Shown here piece by piece: positions 29,720-39,553 of a stretch of DNA of 64,000 bases. The DNA comes from Promethearchaeota archaeon (GTDB taxonomy: Archaea > Asgardarchaeota > Lokiarchaeia > Sigyniarchaeales > SOKP01), in the NCBI GenBank assembly GCA_019057865.1, contig JAHLWP010000001.1:160001-224000 (forward strand), given 5' to 3'. The position numbers and the translations under genes are program-made. Under the pieces are notes generated by a model, which saw only the letters and a program-made list of their open reading frames with translations, was not told the origin of the DNA and made no database searches. Every line of letters starts with the position of its first letter. Positions within the stretch are counted from its first letter, which is position 1.

Positions 29720-31486
29720 CTAATGAGTAAAATAACAAAATAAAGTGTCATTCTCTATTTTTATGGGATTTACAAAAGCATATCTTTCGAACTGGATGGG
29801 TATATTCATAGGAATTTTTAAGAGATTTATTTCTCCATAACCATGAGATAGAGAACCATCAGGATTAATTATAGAAACATTTATATTATCTTCTTTAGGA
29901 ACCCATTGTATTATAGGAAAGCCCTGTTCTCTGTCCAATTGAGTGCTATAATATTTCGCATTTATAATCCTATTATTTAAATCAATTGAATTAATATGTA
30001 CATTAATTAAATTTTTTAGACGTATTGTATCACCAATTTTGATTTTATCTGCATCTGATTGTGAAATATATAATCCTATTTTATTATTTTTGGAAATAAC
30101 TTTAATTTTTCTTTTACCTTTATCAGGCTTTGTTGGTAGAAGAAGTGGTTCTGCAGTATATTCTGAGAAAGGAACGTCGTCAATAAGAATTGAAATAGGA
30201 TCCTCAACAAAGAAATATCTATTTGAAATCTCATCAATAATATCTTTATTTTTAGCATATAACCAATTTACTGAAAAAGTTATCCCTGTTGTAGACATTC
30301 CAAGATCCAATAATGTGTCTCTCAATGCTTCCGGTTTAATACCACGCTTTTTTAAAGATTGTAAGCTCCAAGTTCTTGGATCTTCCCATCCTTGATAAAT
30401 TCCTTTCTGAATGTTATTTCGTGCTTCGGTTTTACTTAATTTTAAACTAGGGAATTTCATTCTGCCATAATAAAGTAATTTGGCTTTTTTCCAACCAAAA
30501 TGATCCCATATAAACTCTTCAATAATACCTTCTTTTACTAAATCTATCCCTCTAAGAATGTGTGTAGCACCGATAAGATAGTCATCGATAGACCAACTAA
30601 ACTCTAACATTGGCCATACTATGTATTTTGTCCCTACTTTAGGATGTTCTGCTTCAGAGATTCTCATAATTATTTGATCTCTTAACGCAGGATCTTTTTG
30701 ATCCATTCCAGTTTTCAATCTTACAACTGCTTCAGTTTCTCTATACTTACCATTTAACATGTTTTGCCATTCTTGCATGTTTCGTTCTACTGATTGATTT
30801 CTATGGGGGCAACTCTTTTTCAACTTTTTATATTTTTCTCTAAATTCACTAGCATCACAGAAACAAACATATGCTATCTTATCCTTAATTAATTTTTCAC
30901 AATATTCATAAAAAACCTCAAGCCTATCGCTTTTATAATAAATCTTATGTATCTTAACTCCTAACCATTCAAGTCCTTCTTTTATTAAGTCATAAGCTTC
31001 TGGCAATACATATTTTGCCTTAGGGCTATCTCTTAATGATTTAGGACTCCCGATAGTATCATCGTAAAATAAGATAAGTTCTCCCTTATATTTTTTTACA
31101 TATTCATCATTTAAAACAACCATTCTAGCATTTCCAATATGCAATGCTCCGCTCGGATATGGTGCTAAGCGCATTACAACTTTAGAATATTTATCAATTT
31201 CAGGTAAATCTGGCAATTCTTTCCTTTCTTCCCTTGATTCTTCTTTATCTAAGGCATGGGGATCCAATTTCAATAATTTTCTTTTCTGTTCCTCAAAACT
31301 TAGGTTTGAAATTTTCGCTATGATCTCATCTAATATAGGATTAACTTTTTTCACGTGGGATCTAAGTTCAGTCATTTGAGCCATAAGTTTTCCCATTATA
31401 GCTCTTTTATTTGGAATTCCATTAAATTTTAGTGCATTTTTCAAACCTGCAATCCAAAGGATTTTTTTTATTTCTTCCTCATCCAT
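29720..31486 (-). CDS. gltX: Glutamate--tRNA ligase
   Basis: RLAPYPSGALHIGN, LSKT, GWEDPR, QFERY. Confidence 0.96.
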   Translation of the reverse strand: MDEEEIKKILWIAGLKNALKFNGIPNKRAIMGKLMAQMTELRSHVKKVNPILDEIIAKISNLSFEEQKRKLLKLDPHALDKEESREERKELPDLPEIDKYSKVVMRLAPYPSGALHIGNARMVVLNDEYVKKYKGELILFYDDTIGSPKSLRDSPKAKYVLPEAYDLIKEGLEWLGVKIHKIYYKSDRLEVFYEYCEKLIKDKIAYVCFCDASEFREKYKKLKKSCPHRNQSVERNMQEWQNMLNGKYRETEAVVRLKTGMDQKDPALRDQIIMRISEAEHPKVGTKYIVWPMLEFSWSIDDYLIGATHILRGIDLVKEGIIEEFIWDHFGWKKAKLLYYGRMKFPSLKLSKTEARNNIQKGIYQGWEDPRTWSLQSLKKRGIKPEALRDTLLDLGMSTTGITFSVNWLYAKNKDIIDEISNRYFFVEDPISILIDDVPFSEYTAEPLLLPTKPDKGKRKIKVISKNNKIGLYISQSDADKIKIGDTIRLKNLINVHINSIDLNNRIINAKYYSTQLDREQGFPIIQWVPKEDNINVSIINPDGSLSHGYGEINLLKIPMNIPIQFERYAFVNPIKIENDTLFCYFTH

Positions 31487-31544
31487 AATAAAGAATCATC
31501 ATATTTCACTTCATGTACGATTTAACTTTTTACAATTTAACTAT

Positions 31545-32828
31545 TTAAACCTTTCTCTTGCTTAAATTTTCAAGAATATCTTTAATTTCATTTGCTCCAT
31601 TATTAAAAATATTGAATGAAATGAAAGAAGTTTCTTGATGAGCTTTCTTTTTTAGAATTTTTAACTTTAATTTATATACATTTATAAGATTATCAGAATA
31701 ATCTGAATCGCTTCCTTTAATTATAACCTCAAGAATATGTAAAGCTAATTGCAATTTCCCTTCTTCATAGAGTTTCATTGCATGTTCAAGATATTGTCCT
31801 TCAGAATTAATTTTTAGAAATTCTTGTGCTATTTCAGTTGATTTTGCAGGGAATAGATCTGTTGGATTTCCAGTATTATACCAACCATGGTAAAGTCTAT
31901 ATACCGCATGGATAGCATATTGATAAGAACCATACACAGGTCTTAAAATGTAATGTTTTTTAAATTTCTCAGGGTAGATTTCTAACATTTCATGATAAAT
32001 CTGTTCAAACCATTTTCCTTCATTTAACCTTTTCACTACTTCATCGTGGACAAAATGCATAACCTCTGCTGTTATGGATAACACGTCTTTGATTCTCTCT
32101 TTTCCCTCTATTAAAGGTCCATGACCTGGAACCAAATATTCCGCATCCTTTTCTAACATTTTTTCCATTGCTAGAGCCCAGTGTTTCGGATATCGCTGAA
32201 TCTTATAAGGATTCCCCACATTAGGAAAGCTGGATATCATAAGATCTCCTGTGAAAAGTACCTTTTTCTCAGGGACAAACATCCATATTGAGTCATCAGT
32301 CTCTCCCATATCATGGTAAATTTCAAAAGTTAGATTTCCTAATGTAAAGGTGTAATTTTCATTTCCTTTTATTATTATAGTTGGCTCAAGAAATTCACGA
32401 GTGGATGTAAACCTTCTTTCACGATCATATATAGAGGCAAATTGCATTGAATTTATCCAATTTTGATATTCTTCTAATTCCTTATATCTTTTAAAGCGTT
32501 CAATTAATTTTTCATGAGCAATAATTTGAGGTAATTCCCAATTTTTTTCTTTAATTTCCTCTAGAAATGGAGGGAAACCAAAGCAGTGATCAAAATGACC
32601 ATGACTATATACCAAATATTTAATTTGCTTATTTGTTATTGCTCTAAATGCTCTAAATAATCGCTTCCGAAATTGTCTGGTAGTAATATCAAAAACTACT
32701 AAACCCTCATCAGTTTCTACAATACCTACATTACCAAAGGAACCAATCATATGGCAATCTCCATTGGCAAATGTAACAGGTGGAAACATACCAATGAATT
32801 TTTCTATTTCTTTAGAAGTGCTACTCAT
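31545..32828 (-). CDS. Alkyl sulfatase-like metallo-beta-lactamase fold hydrolase
   Basis: SHGHFDH, GETDD, PNVGNP.K.QRY, PGHG, YHGWY..NPTDL. Confidence 0.85.
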   Translation of the reverse strand: MSSTSKEIEKFIGMFPPVTFANGDCHMIGSFGNVGIVETDEGLVVFDITTRQFRKRLFRAFRAITNKQIKYLVYSHGHFDHCFGFPPFLEEIKEKNWELPQIIAHEKLIERFKRYKELEEYQNWINSMQFASIYDRERRFTSTREFLEPTIIIKGNENYTFTLGNLTFEIYHDMGETDDSIWMFVPEKKVLFTGDLMISSFPNVGNPYKIQRYPKHWALAMEKMLEKDAEYLVPGHGPLIEGKERIKDVLSITAEVMHFVHDEVVKRLNEGKWFEQIYHEMLEIYPEKFKKHYILRPVYGSYQYAIHAVYRLYHGWYNTGNPTDLFPAKSTEIAQEFLKINSEGQYLEHAMKLYEEGKLQLALHILEVIIKGSDSDYSDNLINVYKLKLKILKKKAHQETSFISFNIFNNGANEIKDILENLSKRKV

Positions 32829-32929
32829 TATATTATCAATTTCTTAATTTTCTTATGATATTTACTTAAATTTTAAATAATGAATGATATGCTAAATTTA
32901 ATTTATTAAAAAAATCTTTTTAAAACATA

Positions 32930-34045
32930 ATGAAAGAAATCTTGATGGCTGAGTACTATAATAAAGTATTCGGATCGTGGATAGGTCGTGTTGTAGGAGA
33001 TTATGTTGGCGCACCAGTAGAACTAAAAAGTGTTAAATATATAAGGCGTAAATATGGAAATATAGCAAATTATCCGGAACCAATAGATTTGAATTTTGTA
33101 AATGATGATGAAATGTATGAAATTGTAGCACTTATTTCATTAGAAAAATATGGAGTTGATCTTAACGCAAAAAATATTGCTCAAGAATGGGTTAACCTTC
33201 TTAGTAATGAAGACTATATTTTTACAGCAGAAAAGATAACATTTAATAATCTTAAGGAAAATATTTTTCCTCCTAAATAGGGGATTCTTAATAATTTTTA
33301 TTATGATTTTATCGGAGCACAAATGAGGGCTGATATTTGGGGTCAAATCACTCCAGGATGTCCTAAACTTGCAAAGCATTATGCAGAATTAGATGGTTCA
33401 ATTTCTCACGCAGGTATAGGAATTGAGGGTGAGGTATTTATCGCATCTTTAATCTCACAAGCTTTCTTTGAAAATGATATTAGAAAAAATATTGAAACCG
33501 CTCTTGAATTTATGCCTCCTGAAAATAAGAGCTTATATACTCAAATGATAATAAAAGCGCTTAAATTATATGAGCAATATCCAAAAAACTTTAAAAAAGC
33601 TAGGAATATCTTAATTAGGAAATATTGGAGGGGAGAAACTACAGATAAATTAATTTCATCTTCTAAAAATTTCCCAATAGAAAGAAGGATAATGTTGAAT
33701 AGTTTGATGGCAGGAGTACATGTTCTACCTAACATAGGGATCATTATTTTATCTCTGTTATATGGCGCTTATGATGATGATCCTTTTGGACGATCTATTT
33801 GTATTGCAGCTATGATGGGACTTGATACAGATTGTAATTGTGGTAATATTGGTGCTATTCTCGGAACTCAATTTGGTACAGACATCATTCCTTCAAAATG
33901 GAAAGCCCCTCTACAAGATACTTTTTCTACATATGTAAAGGGCTATGAAAAATGGAAAATTTCTGATTTAGCATTAAGAATAGCTAATATCGGGAAGTTA
34001 GTAATAAAAGAAAAGTGTCAAAATTACGTTAAAATTATTGAATGA
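32930..34045 (+). pseudogene. ADP-ribosylglycohydrolase family protein broken by one in-frame TAG at 33278-33280
   Basis: Two ORFs in one frame; read-through PPK*GILNN...IGAQMRADIWG; NDD, SH, DTDCN motifs. Confidence 0.8.
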
Positions 34046-34083
34046 TTTAGAAATAATATAAAATCATTATTAAAGATTTACTC

Positions 34084-34746
34084 TTAATTAATATTCAATA
34101 ATCTAATAATATCATCTATATTTACAGATCTTAAATCATTCACTATCAAATTCGCATCAAGAAGATCAACATTGCAGTGTGTAGTTCTTAAAGCAATTAC
34201 AGGCATATCAGCGCGTTTAGCCGCCTCAATACCCACTGGTGCATCTTCGATTACAATACAATTTTTAGGATCTAATTTAAGTTGGTGAGCTGCAATTAAA
34301 AAAACGTCAGGTTCAGGCTTACCTTTTTCCACCTCAACAGCAGTTATGATAACCTCGAAATTTTGGGTTAAATTTAAGGTTGTTAACACTAATTCAACAT
34401 TTTCAGGAGGACCACTTGAACCAATTGCCAATTTAAAGTTTTTATCTTTAAGATCTTTGATCAAATTTAATACTCCTGGTAATGGTTCTAATTTATCTTT
34501 TACCATTTCTCGATAATATTGTTCTTTTAAGCTTGCCCAGTTTTCAACAAAATGTTGTTCAACTTTAGAACCTACTAACTTTCGAGTAATTGAAACACTT
34601 TGTTGACCAAATGTTAAATCAAAGAATTTTTTTGTAAATTTTTTTCTTATTTCATTAGCCATTTTAACCCAACTTTTGAAATGAATAGGTCCGGTATCTA
34701 CTAAAACGCCATCCACATCAAAAATTACGCCATATTCTTGAAACAT
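34084..34746 (-). CDS. HAD family phosphatase (beta-PGM/CbbY-like)
   Basis: FDVDGVLVDT, KPEPD, IEDAPVG. Confidence 0.9.
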   Translation of the reverse strand: MFQEYGVIFDVDGVLVDTGPIHFKSWVKMANEIRKKFTKKFFDLTFGQQSVSITRKLVGSKVEQHFVENWASLKEQYYREMVKDKLEPLPGVLNLIKDLKDKNFKLAIGSSGPPENVELVLTTLNLTQNFEVIITAVEVEKGKPEPDVFLIAAHQLKLDPKNCIVIEDAPVGIEAAKRADMPVIALRTTHCNVDLLDANLIVNDLRSVNIDDIIRLLNIN

Positions 34747-34835
34747 AATTTTGACTTTAAAAGATAATTAAGTAAGTATTATAGAGAAACAAAATATTTT
34801 AACTATTATTCACGTTAAATTATTAAATATCAAAT

Positions 34836-34959
34836 AGCCCAGTGGTCTAGTTGGATAGGACGCTGGCTTGCGGACTTGATTTATTGGCAAAAAGCCAGTG
34901 ATCAGGGGTTCAATCTTCTAAAAAAATACTTTTAGATGGAACAAATCCCCTCTGGGCTA
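34836..34959 (+). tRNA. tRNA-Arg(GCG) with two introns: 34874-34892 (37/38) and 34914-34944 (58/59)
   Basis: Acceptor AGCCCAG/CTGGGCT, anticodon stem CTGGC/GCCAG, T arm AGGGG-TTCAA^AT-CCCCT; BHB helices TTGC/GCAA and GTTC/GAAC. Confidence 0.9.
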
Positions 34960-35086
34960 TATTTTCTCATTGTTTCTTAATATTTATATAAATCAATCAA
35001 AGATGTATTTTTTAATTTCAATTTGGTTTTTATTTTTTTTATTTAAATAGATCTATTTTAAATAGTTATTAATACTCATAACTAAT

Positions 35087-36856
35087 TTGAAAATAATAAA
35101 TATGATAAAAATTAATGGTAATTTAAGAAAAGGAATCGCATTTCTAATACTTTTCTTCGGGGCTTTAACTATATTTATTTATACTAAAGTAGATTTAGTA
35201 AATAAATTCCTAATTTACATATTTTCTCTAATTTCAATACTTTTCTTAATAAGCGAACTAATAATTAAGAAAATTAATATTAATTCAGAAGAGAGTGAAG
35301 ATATAATAAGAAATGGAAAATATAAACACATAGAAATAGGTGGAAATAATAATTTAGAAACTTATATGATAAAAATAATAAAAAGGTATCAATTGATAAA
35401 AGAAATTGGTTATTATAAAAAAGAAGTAGCGACGAAAAGTCCGCTAGATAATACTAAAACATTAATGGAAAACTTTAGAAATTCTAAAATTCAAAATGTT
35501 AATAGTACCAAAATTAATAATCATTTGACAGGATTAAGTTGGAAGAAAGTTCTCCTTTTAACTGAGTTGATTGGAATAATTTTAGGTGACGGTCATATCT
35601 CTTTTGATGAAAAAAAGAGAAATTATCTCTGCGAAATTTCTTTTAATTCTACTGAACCTGATTATGTATATTATGTTAAAGACCTAATAAAATCATTTTT
35701 TGATATAGAACCTACAATTAGAGAAAGAGATGAGGATAATACTACATTAATTAGAATTTATAAAAAAGAGATAATTCGTTTTTTAATTAATTTGGGATTA
35801 AAACCAGGAAATAAAGTTTTAAATCAAGTAGATATTCCTTATTGGATTAAAAGAGATTTAAATTGGATTAAAAATAATCGAAATGAATGGGAAACCATAT
35901 ATAAACATCTTACTGTAGCTTGCATAAGAGGACTTGTTGATACAGATGGCTCTATTTATTTAAATTGGAATAAGAAGAAGAATTATTTAGCTATAGGGAT
36001 TAAATTTACCAATGCTTCGAAACCTCTTGTTCTTGATTTTAAGAATTTATGTAAATGTTTAGATATCAGTTTCTCGAAAATTAGTACTTATATTGGTAAA
36101 ACCAAAAATGGTTCTGATTATACTGGTTATTCTACGAATACTGAAGCGAAAAATAATGTTTATAATTTTATTTTTAAGAGTATAAAACCTTTTAAATGGA
36201 CAATTAAAAAATCATTAATTCAAGAAAGACTCGCCGAAATCGGAATGGATATTAAGGATGTTCTTAGGTATGAAAGACCTCGTAGGGATTATAAGAAGGG
36301 ACGTGCAATATACTTAAAGACGTTATTTGAAAGTTTAGGAACTCTTAATGGAGTCCGAGAATATTTAATAAAGAAAGGTGAATCTCCGATGAAGAAAGAA
36401 ACTATATCCAAATATATCCAAAAGTTAATTCAAGATCGAGGTAAAAACTATGAAAATTGGATAAGCCTTAATTCTGCTATAAAAATCGATGATAGAGTTG
36501 TAGGAGGGATAAGGATACCTTTAAATGTTAAGAAAATTGTCTGCCATTTCATCTTTAATGTTTTATTAGAGAATTGTATTGATATAAGTATGAATAAAAT
36601 TATTGATCATCTACGTTATTTTGTTAAAGTTTCAAATTTAGATAGAATAAGCTATTTATTAGAATATACTCATACAAAAAATTTAATTCTGAATTTTTTT
36701 AAAACCTCTACTTATTTTATAATTTATATAATCGATCATAAGATTGACAGACATTCTCCAACAAAAATAAGAAGAAACATAAAAAAATTAGATAATGTTG
36801 ACATACCATATCACGATTCTCAAATTAAAGAGATAATAAAGAATTTATTTGATTGA
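35087..36856 (+). CDS. Free-standing double-motif LAGLIDADG endonuclease-like protein with C-terminal extension
   Basis: ELIGIILGDG and IRGLVDTDGS; no intein splicing motifs seen; start codon uncertain. Confidence 0.8.
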   Translation: MKIINMIKINGNLRKGIAFLILFFGALTIFIYTKVDLVNKFLIYIFSLISILFLISELIIKKININSEESEDIIRNGKYKHIEIGGNNNLETYMIKIIKRYQLIKEIGYYKKEVATKSPLDNTKTLMENFRNSKIQNVNSTKINNHLTGLSWKKVLLLTELIGIILGDGHISFDEKKRNYLCEISFNSTEPDYVYYVKDLIKSFFDIEPTIRERDEDNTTLIRIYKKEIIRFLINLGLKPGNKVLNQVDIPYWIKRDLNWIKNNRNEWETIYKHLTVACIRGLVDTDGSIYLNWNKKKNYLAIGIKFTNASKPLVLDFKNLCKCLDISFSKISTYIGKTKNGSDYTGYSTNTEAKNNVYNFIFKSIKPFKWTIKKSLIQERLAEIGMDIKDVLRYERPRRDYKKGRAIYLKTLFESLGTLNGVREYLIKKGESPMKKETISKYIQKLIQDRGKNYENWISLNSAIKIDDRVVGGIRIPLNVKKIVCHFIFNVLLENCIDISMNKIIDHLRYFVKVSNLDRISYLLEYTHTKNLILNFFKTSTYFIIYIIDHKIDRHSPTKIRRNIKKLDNVDIPYHDSQIKEIIKNLFD

Positions 36857-36909
36857 GAGTAAACTTTTTAATTTTTTATTTAACTCTTCAAATATATTTG
36901 CTTTTTGTT

Positions 36910-37680
36910 TTAGTCAATTAAATTTAATATATCTGATACATCCTTCACTTTTATATAATTAGGAACGTCAATGTCCTTTTCAAACGGGAATTTATAAATC
37001 CTATCTAATAAAATAGCTTTTAAATTTGCTCTATAAGCTCCTATAATATCAACATATTCATCTCCACACATTATAACAGAATTTGCATGAGATTCTAAAC
37101 CCATTTTTTTAAGTGTATAAAAAAAAATATTAGGATCAGGTTTTCTTTTCCCAAATTTAGCAGAGGTAACAACAACATCAAAAAGTTGTAATAATTCATG
37201 TTTCTTTAACATATTTTCAATTGTTTTATGATTTGGATGATTAGAGATTAATGCGATTTTTAAATTTTTTAAGACTAATTTCTCTAATGTATCTCTTGTG
37301 TTTTCGAAAGGAATCCATTCATCTTCTTCGCATGAATGATATATATTTGCTAACTCCATATAGAATTCATCATTTAATTCTACCAAATCATTTATGGTAT
37401 TTTTATCTACCATTATATCTAATACATTTTGAAAGATTTGAGATGTAGGAATTTCTAATTTTGTTTTGATACTTTTCTTAAAAGAGGAAGCTCTTTTTCT
37501 ATTAAAAATTTTAATAAAATCTTCAATTGCTATTTTTTCTTTCAATACTTTATGTTTTTTTAATAAGTCAATAGAGCTTAATAACCCTGTCTTAAAACAT
37601 TCAAAGTATTTATCAATAGAAGGTTCATCAAAATAAAATAATGTGAAGCCAAAATCAAAAATTACTCCTTTAACCTTCAT
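36910..37680 (-). CDS. HAD family hydrolase
   Basis: FDFGFTL, SN, KPDP, GDEYVD. Confidence 0.85.
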   Translation of the reverse strand: MKVKGVIFDFGFTLFYFDEPSIDKYFECFKTGLLSSIDLLKKHKVLKEKIAIEDFIKIFNRKRASSFKKSIKTKLEIPTSQIFQNVLDIMVDKNTINDLVELNDEFYMELANIYHSCEEDEWIPFENTRDTLEKLVLKNLKIALISNHPNHKTIENMLKKHELLQLFDVVVTSAKFGKRKPDPNIFFYTLKKMGLESHANSVIMCGDEYVDIIGAYRANLKAILLDRIYKFPFEKDIDVPNYIKVKDVSDILNLID

Positions 37681-37817
37681 AATATAAATTATAATAATGT
37701 AAATCGAATTTTAATTTATCTCTAAATATGAATTATTAGAATTTTTAACAGTCTATATTAATTTATTAATAAATAATAAATTTTTATCGAAAGAACTTAC
37801 TATTTTATTGAAGTAAT

Positions 37818-38342
37818 ATGTCAATCGATAAATGGCTTTCTGATAAAGATTCAAAAGAAGAAGAACTCAGAAGGGAAAAATTATTTAAAACACTTCCTCA
37901 AGAAAAAGTTCAAGAATTAAAGAAAAGAAAAATTAGAGATTTAACTGAAAAGGAGAAGCTAAAGGCTGATCTAAATACAAAAAAAGAAGACTTTTTAAGT
38001 AATATTCTTGAATTTAAGGATTGGTTAAATCAGAGGAATTATCTAAAAGGAGATTTGGATAAAATTGAAACTTGGGTAATAAATTTGTATAAAACAGTCG
38101 AATTTGAACAAGAATCAAGATTATCTCTAATAAGTGATAGAAAGCAATTGATCGATAAATATAAGAGAATCCCTCCTAAATTTTTAGATGAAAAAACCAG
38201 AGTTGCTATAAATAAGAAATTATACAATTCTAAAAAAACTAGTTCAGATTATTATATCTTAAGAAAACTAAAAGAAACAGTAAATGAAAAGTTGAAAGAA
38301 GCTGAATATTATCATATCCTCAGAATAATTTTGGAAATATGA
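37818..38342 (+). CDS. Hypothetical protein
   Basis: Intact 174-aa charged helical ORF. Confidence 0.65.
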   Translation: MSIDKWLSDKDSKEEELRREKLFKTLPQEKVQELKKRKIRDLTEKEKLKADLNTKKEDFLSNILEFKDWLNQRNYLKGDLDKIETWVINLYKTVEFEQESRLSLISDRKQLIDKYKRIPPKFLDEKTRVAINKKLYNSKKTSSDYYILRKLKETVNEKLKEAEYYHILRIILEI

Positions 38343-38431
38343 AAACATTCAGGAAATAATTCAAAATACTTTTTATTTCATAGATATTTATATTTTGTAT
38401 AGTAAAAATTAGATATCTATTGAATTAGCAA

Positions 38432-39520
38432 ATGTGGGTTATAGCTCCACTAGCGGGCATAGGAAAAAGATTACAACCGTTCACATATTCGAAGCCTAAA
38501 GCATTTATAAAGATAGCAGGAAAGAGGTTAATTGACCATATTCTAATAAAGCTAAAAAAAACTTTTCCGAAAAATACTAATCTGTGTTTTGTAGTAGGTT
38601 ATAAGAAAAGGCAAATATCTGAATATTTAACTAAAAATTATTCAGATTATTTTAATTTACAATTAATCGTGCAGAAACCAATTGGTTATGAAGCTGATAC
38701 TCCATTTTTCAGTGGACTTGGTGATGCAATATTATTAACTAAAAAATTTGCTGAAAATGATGATTGTTTCATTTTACTAAGTGATAGACTCCCTTTAGAA
38801 GATTATTCGCAGATTCTCTTGAAGTTCCATCAGAATATTTGCGATGGTGTAATGAATGTTAAGCAAGTTGAAAATCCTCAATTTTATGGAGTAATTGAAC
38901 TAAATGATGAAGGTTATATCACTACTATTGTTGAGAAGCCTAAAGAGCCTAAAACTAACTATGCTGTCTCTGGAGCCTATTTATTTGGAATGAGTATAAC
39001 ACCCCGTTTATTTGAATTATTGGAGGAGCAAAGTAAAATTAAATTAGAAAATGGACAGGAGCATCATTTGACTCCTGTCATTCAAAAACTCATAGATGAG
39101 GGCTTTAAACTAAAAATTAATGAGATGAAGGAAGAAATTTTAGATTTTGGAAGACCTGAAAGCTTAATTGAAGGCAATAGATATTTGTTAGCAGAAATAA
39201 AATTAGAGGATCCTTCTTATGAAAATTTGTTCCAATCAGGCAATATAATCGATTCCAAAATCGTTCCTCCAGTATTTATAGGAAAAAACACACATATTTC
39301 AGATTCTGTTATTGGTCCAAATGTATCCATTGGAGATGATGTAGTTATTGAAAAGTGCATTATCTCTGAGTCTGTTATTGGAGACGGCGTAAATTTAAAA
39401 AAAATTATCACTTCACGATCAATAATCGGGGATTATTCGATACTAGAAGATTTAATTAAAAAAAGTATTATTATAGGAGATTCCTCATATATAGCTACAT
39501 CTAATATGAAATCATTTTAG
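38432..39520 (+). CDS. Sugar-phosphate nucleotidyltransferase (glucose-1-phosphate thymidylyltransferase-like)
   Basis: LAGIGKRLQP.T..KPK, VEKP, C-terminal hexapeptide repeats. Confidence 0.88.
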   Translation: MWVIAPLAGIGKRLQPFTYSKPKAFIKIAGKRLIDHILIKLKKTFPKNTNLCFVVGYKKRQISEYLTKNYSDYFNLQLIVQKPIGYEADTPFFSGLGDAILLTKKFAENDDCFILLSDRLPLEDYSQILLKFHQNICDGVMNVKQVENPQFYGVIELNDEGYITTIVEKPKEPKTNYAVSGAYLFGMSITPRLFELLEEQSKIKLENGQEHHLTPVIQKLIDEGFKLKINEMKEEILDFGRPESLIEGNRYLLAEIKLEDPSYENLFQSGNIIDSKIVPPVFIGKNTHISDSVIGPNVSIGDDVVIEKCIISESVIGDGVNLKKIITSRSIIGDYSILEDLIKKSIIIGDSSYIATSNMKSF

Positions 39521-39553
39521 TTTTTGAAATTATTAAAAAAAAAATTTGAATAT

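Noticed and set aside
33265-33295. BHB intron around the TAG in the ADP-ribosylglycohydrolase
   Set aside because: No extra sequence relative to the expected motif spacing and no BHB pairing seen.
34960-36909. Integrated element (provirus or island) at tRNA-Arg
   Set aside because: No integrase and no duplicated tRNA 3' end (att site) seen downstream.
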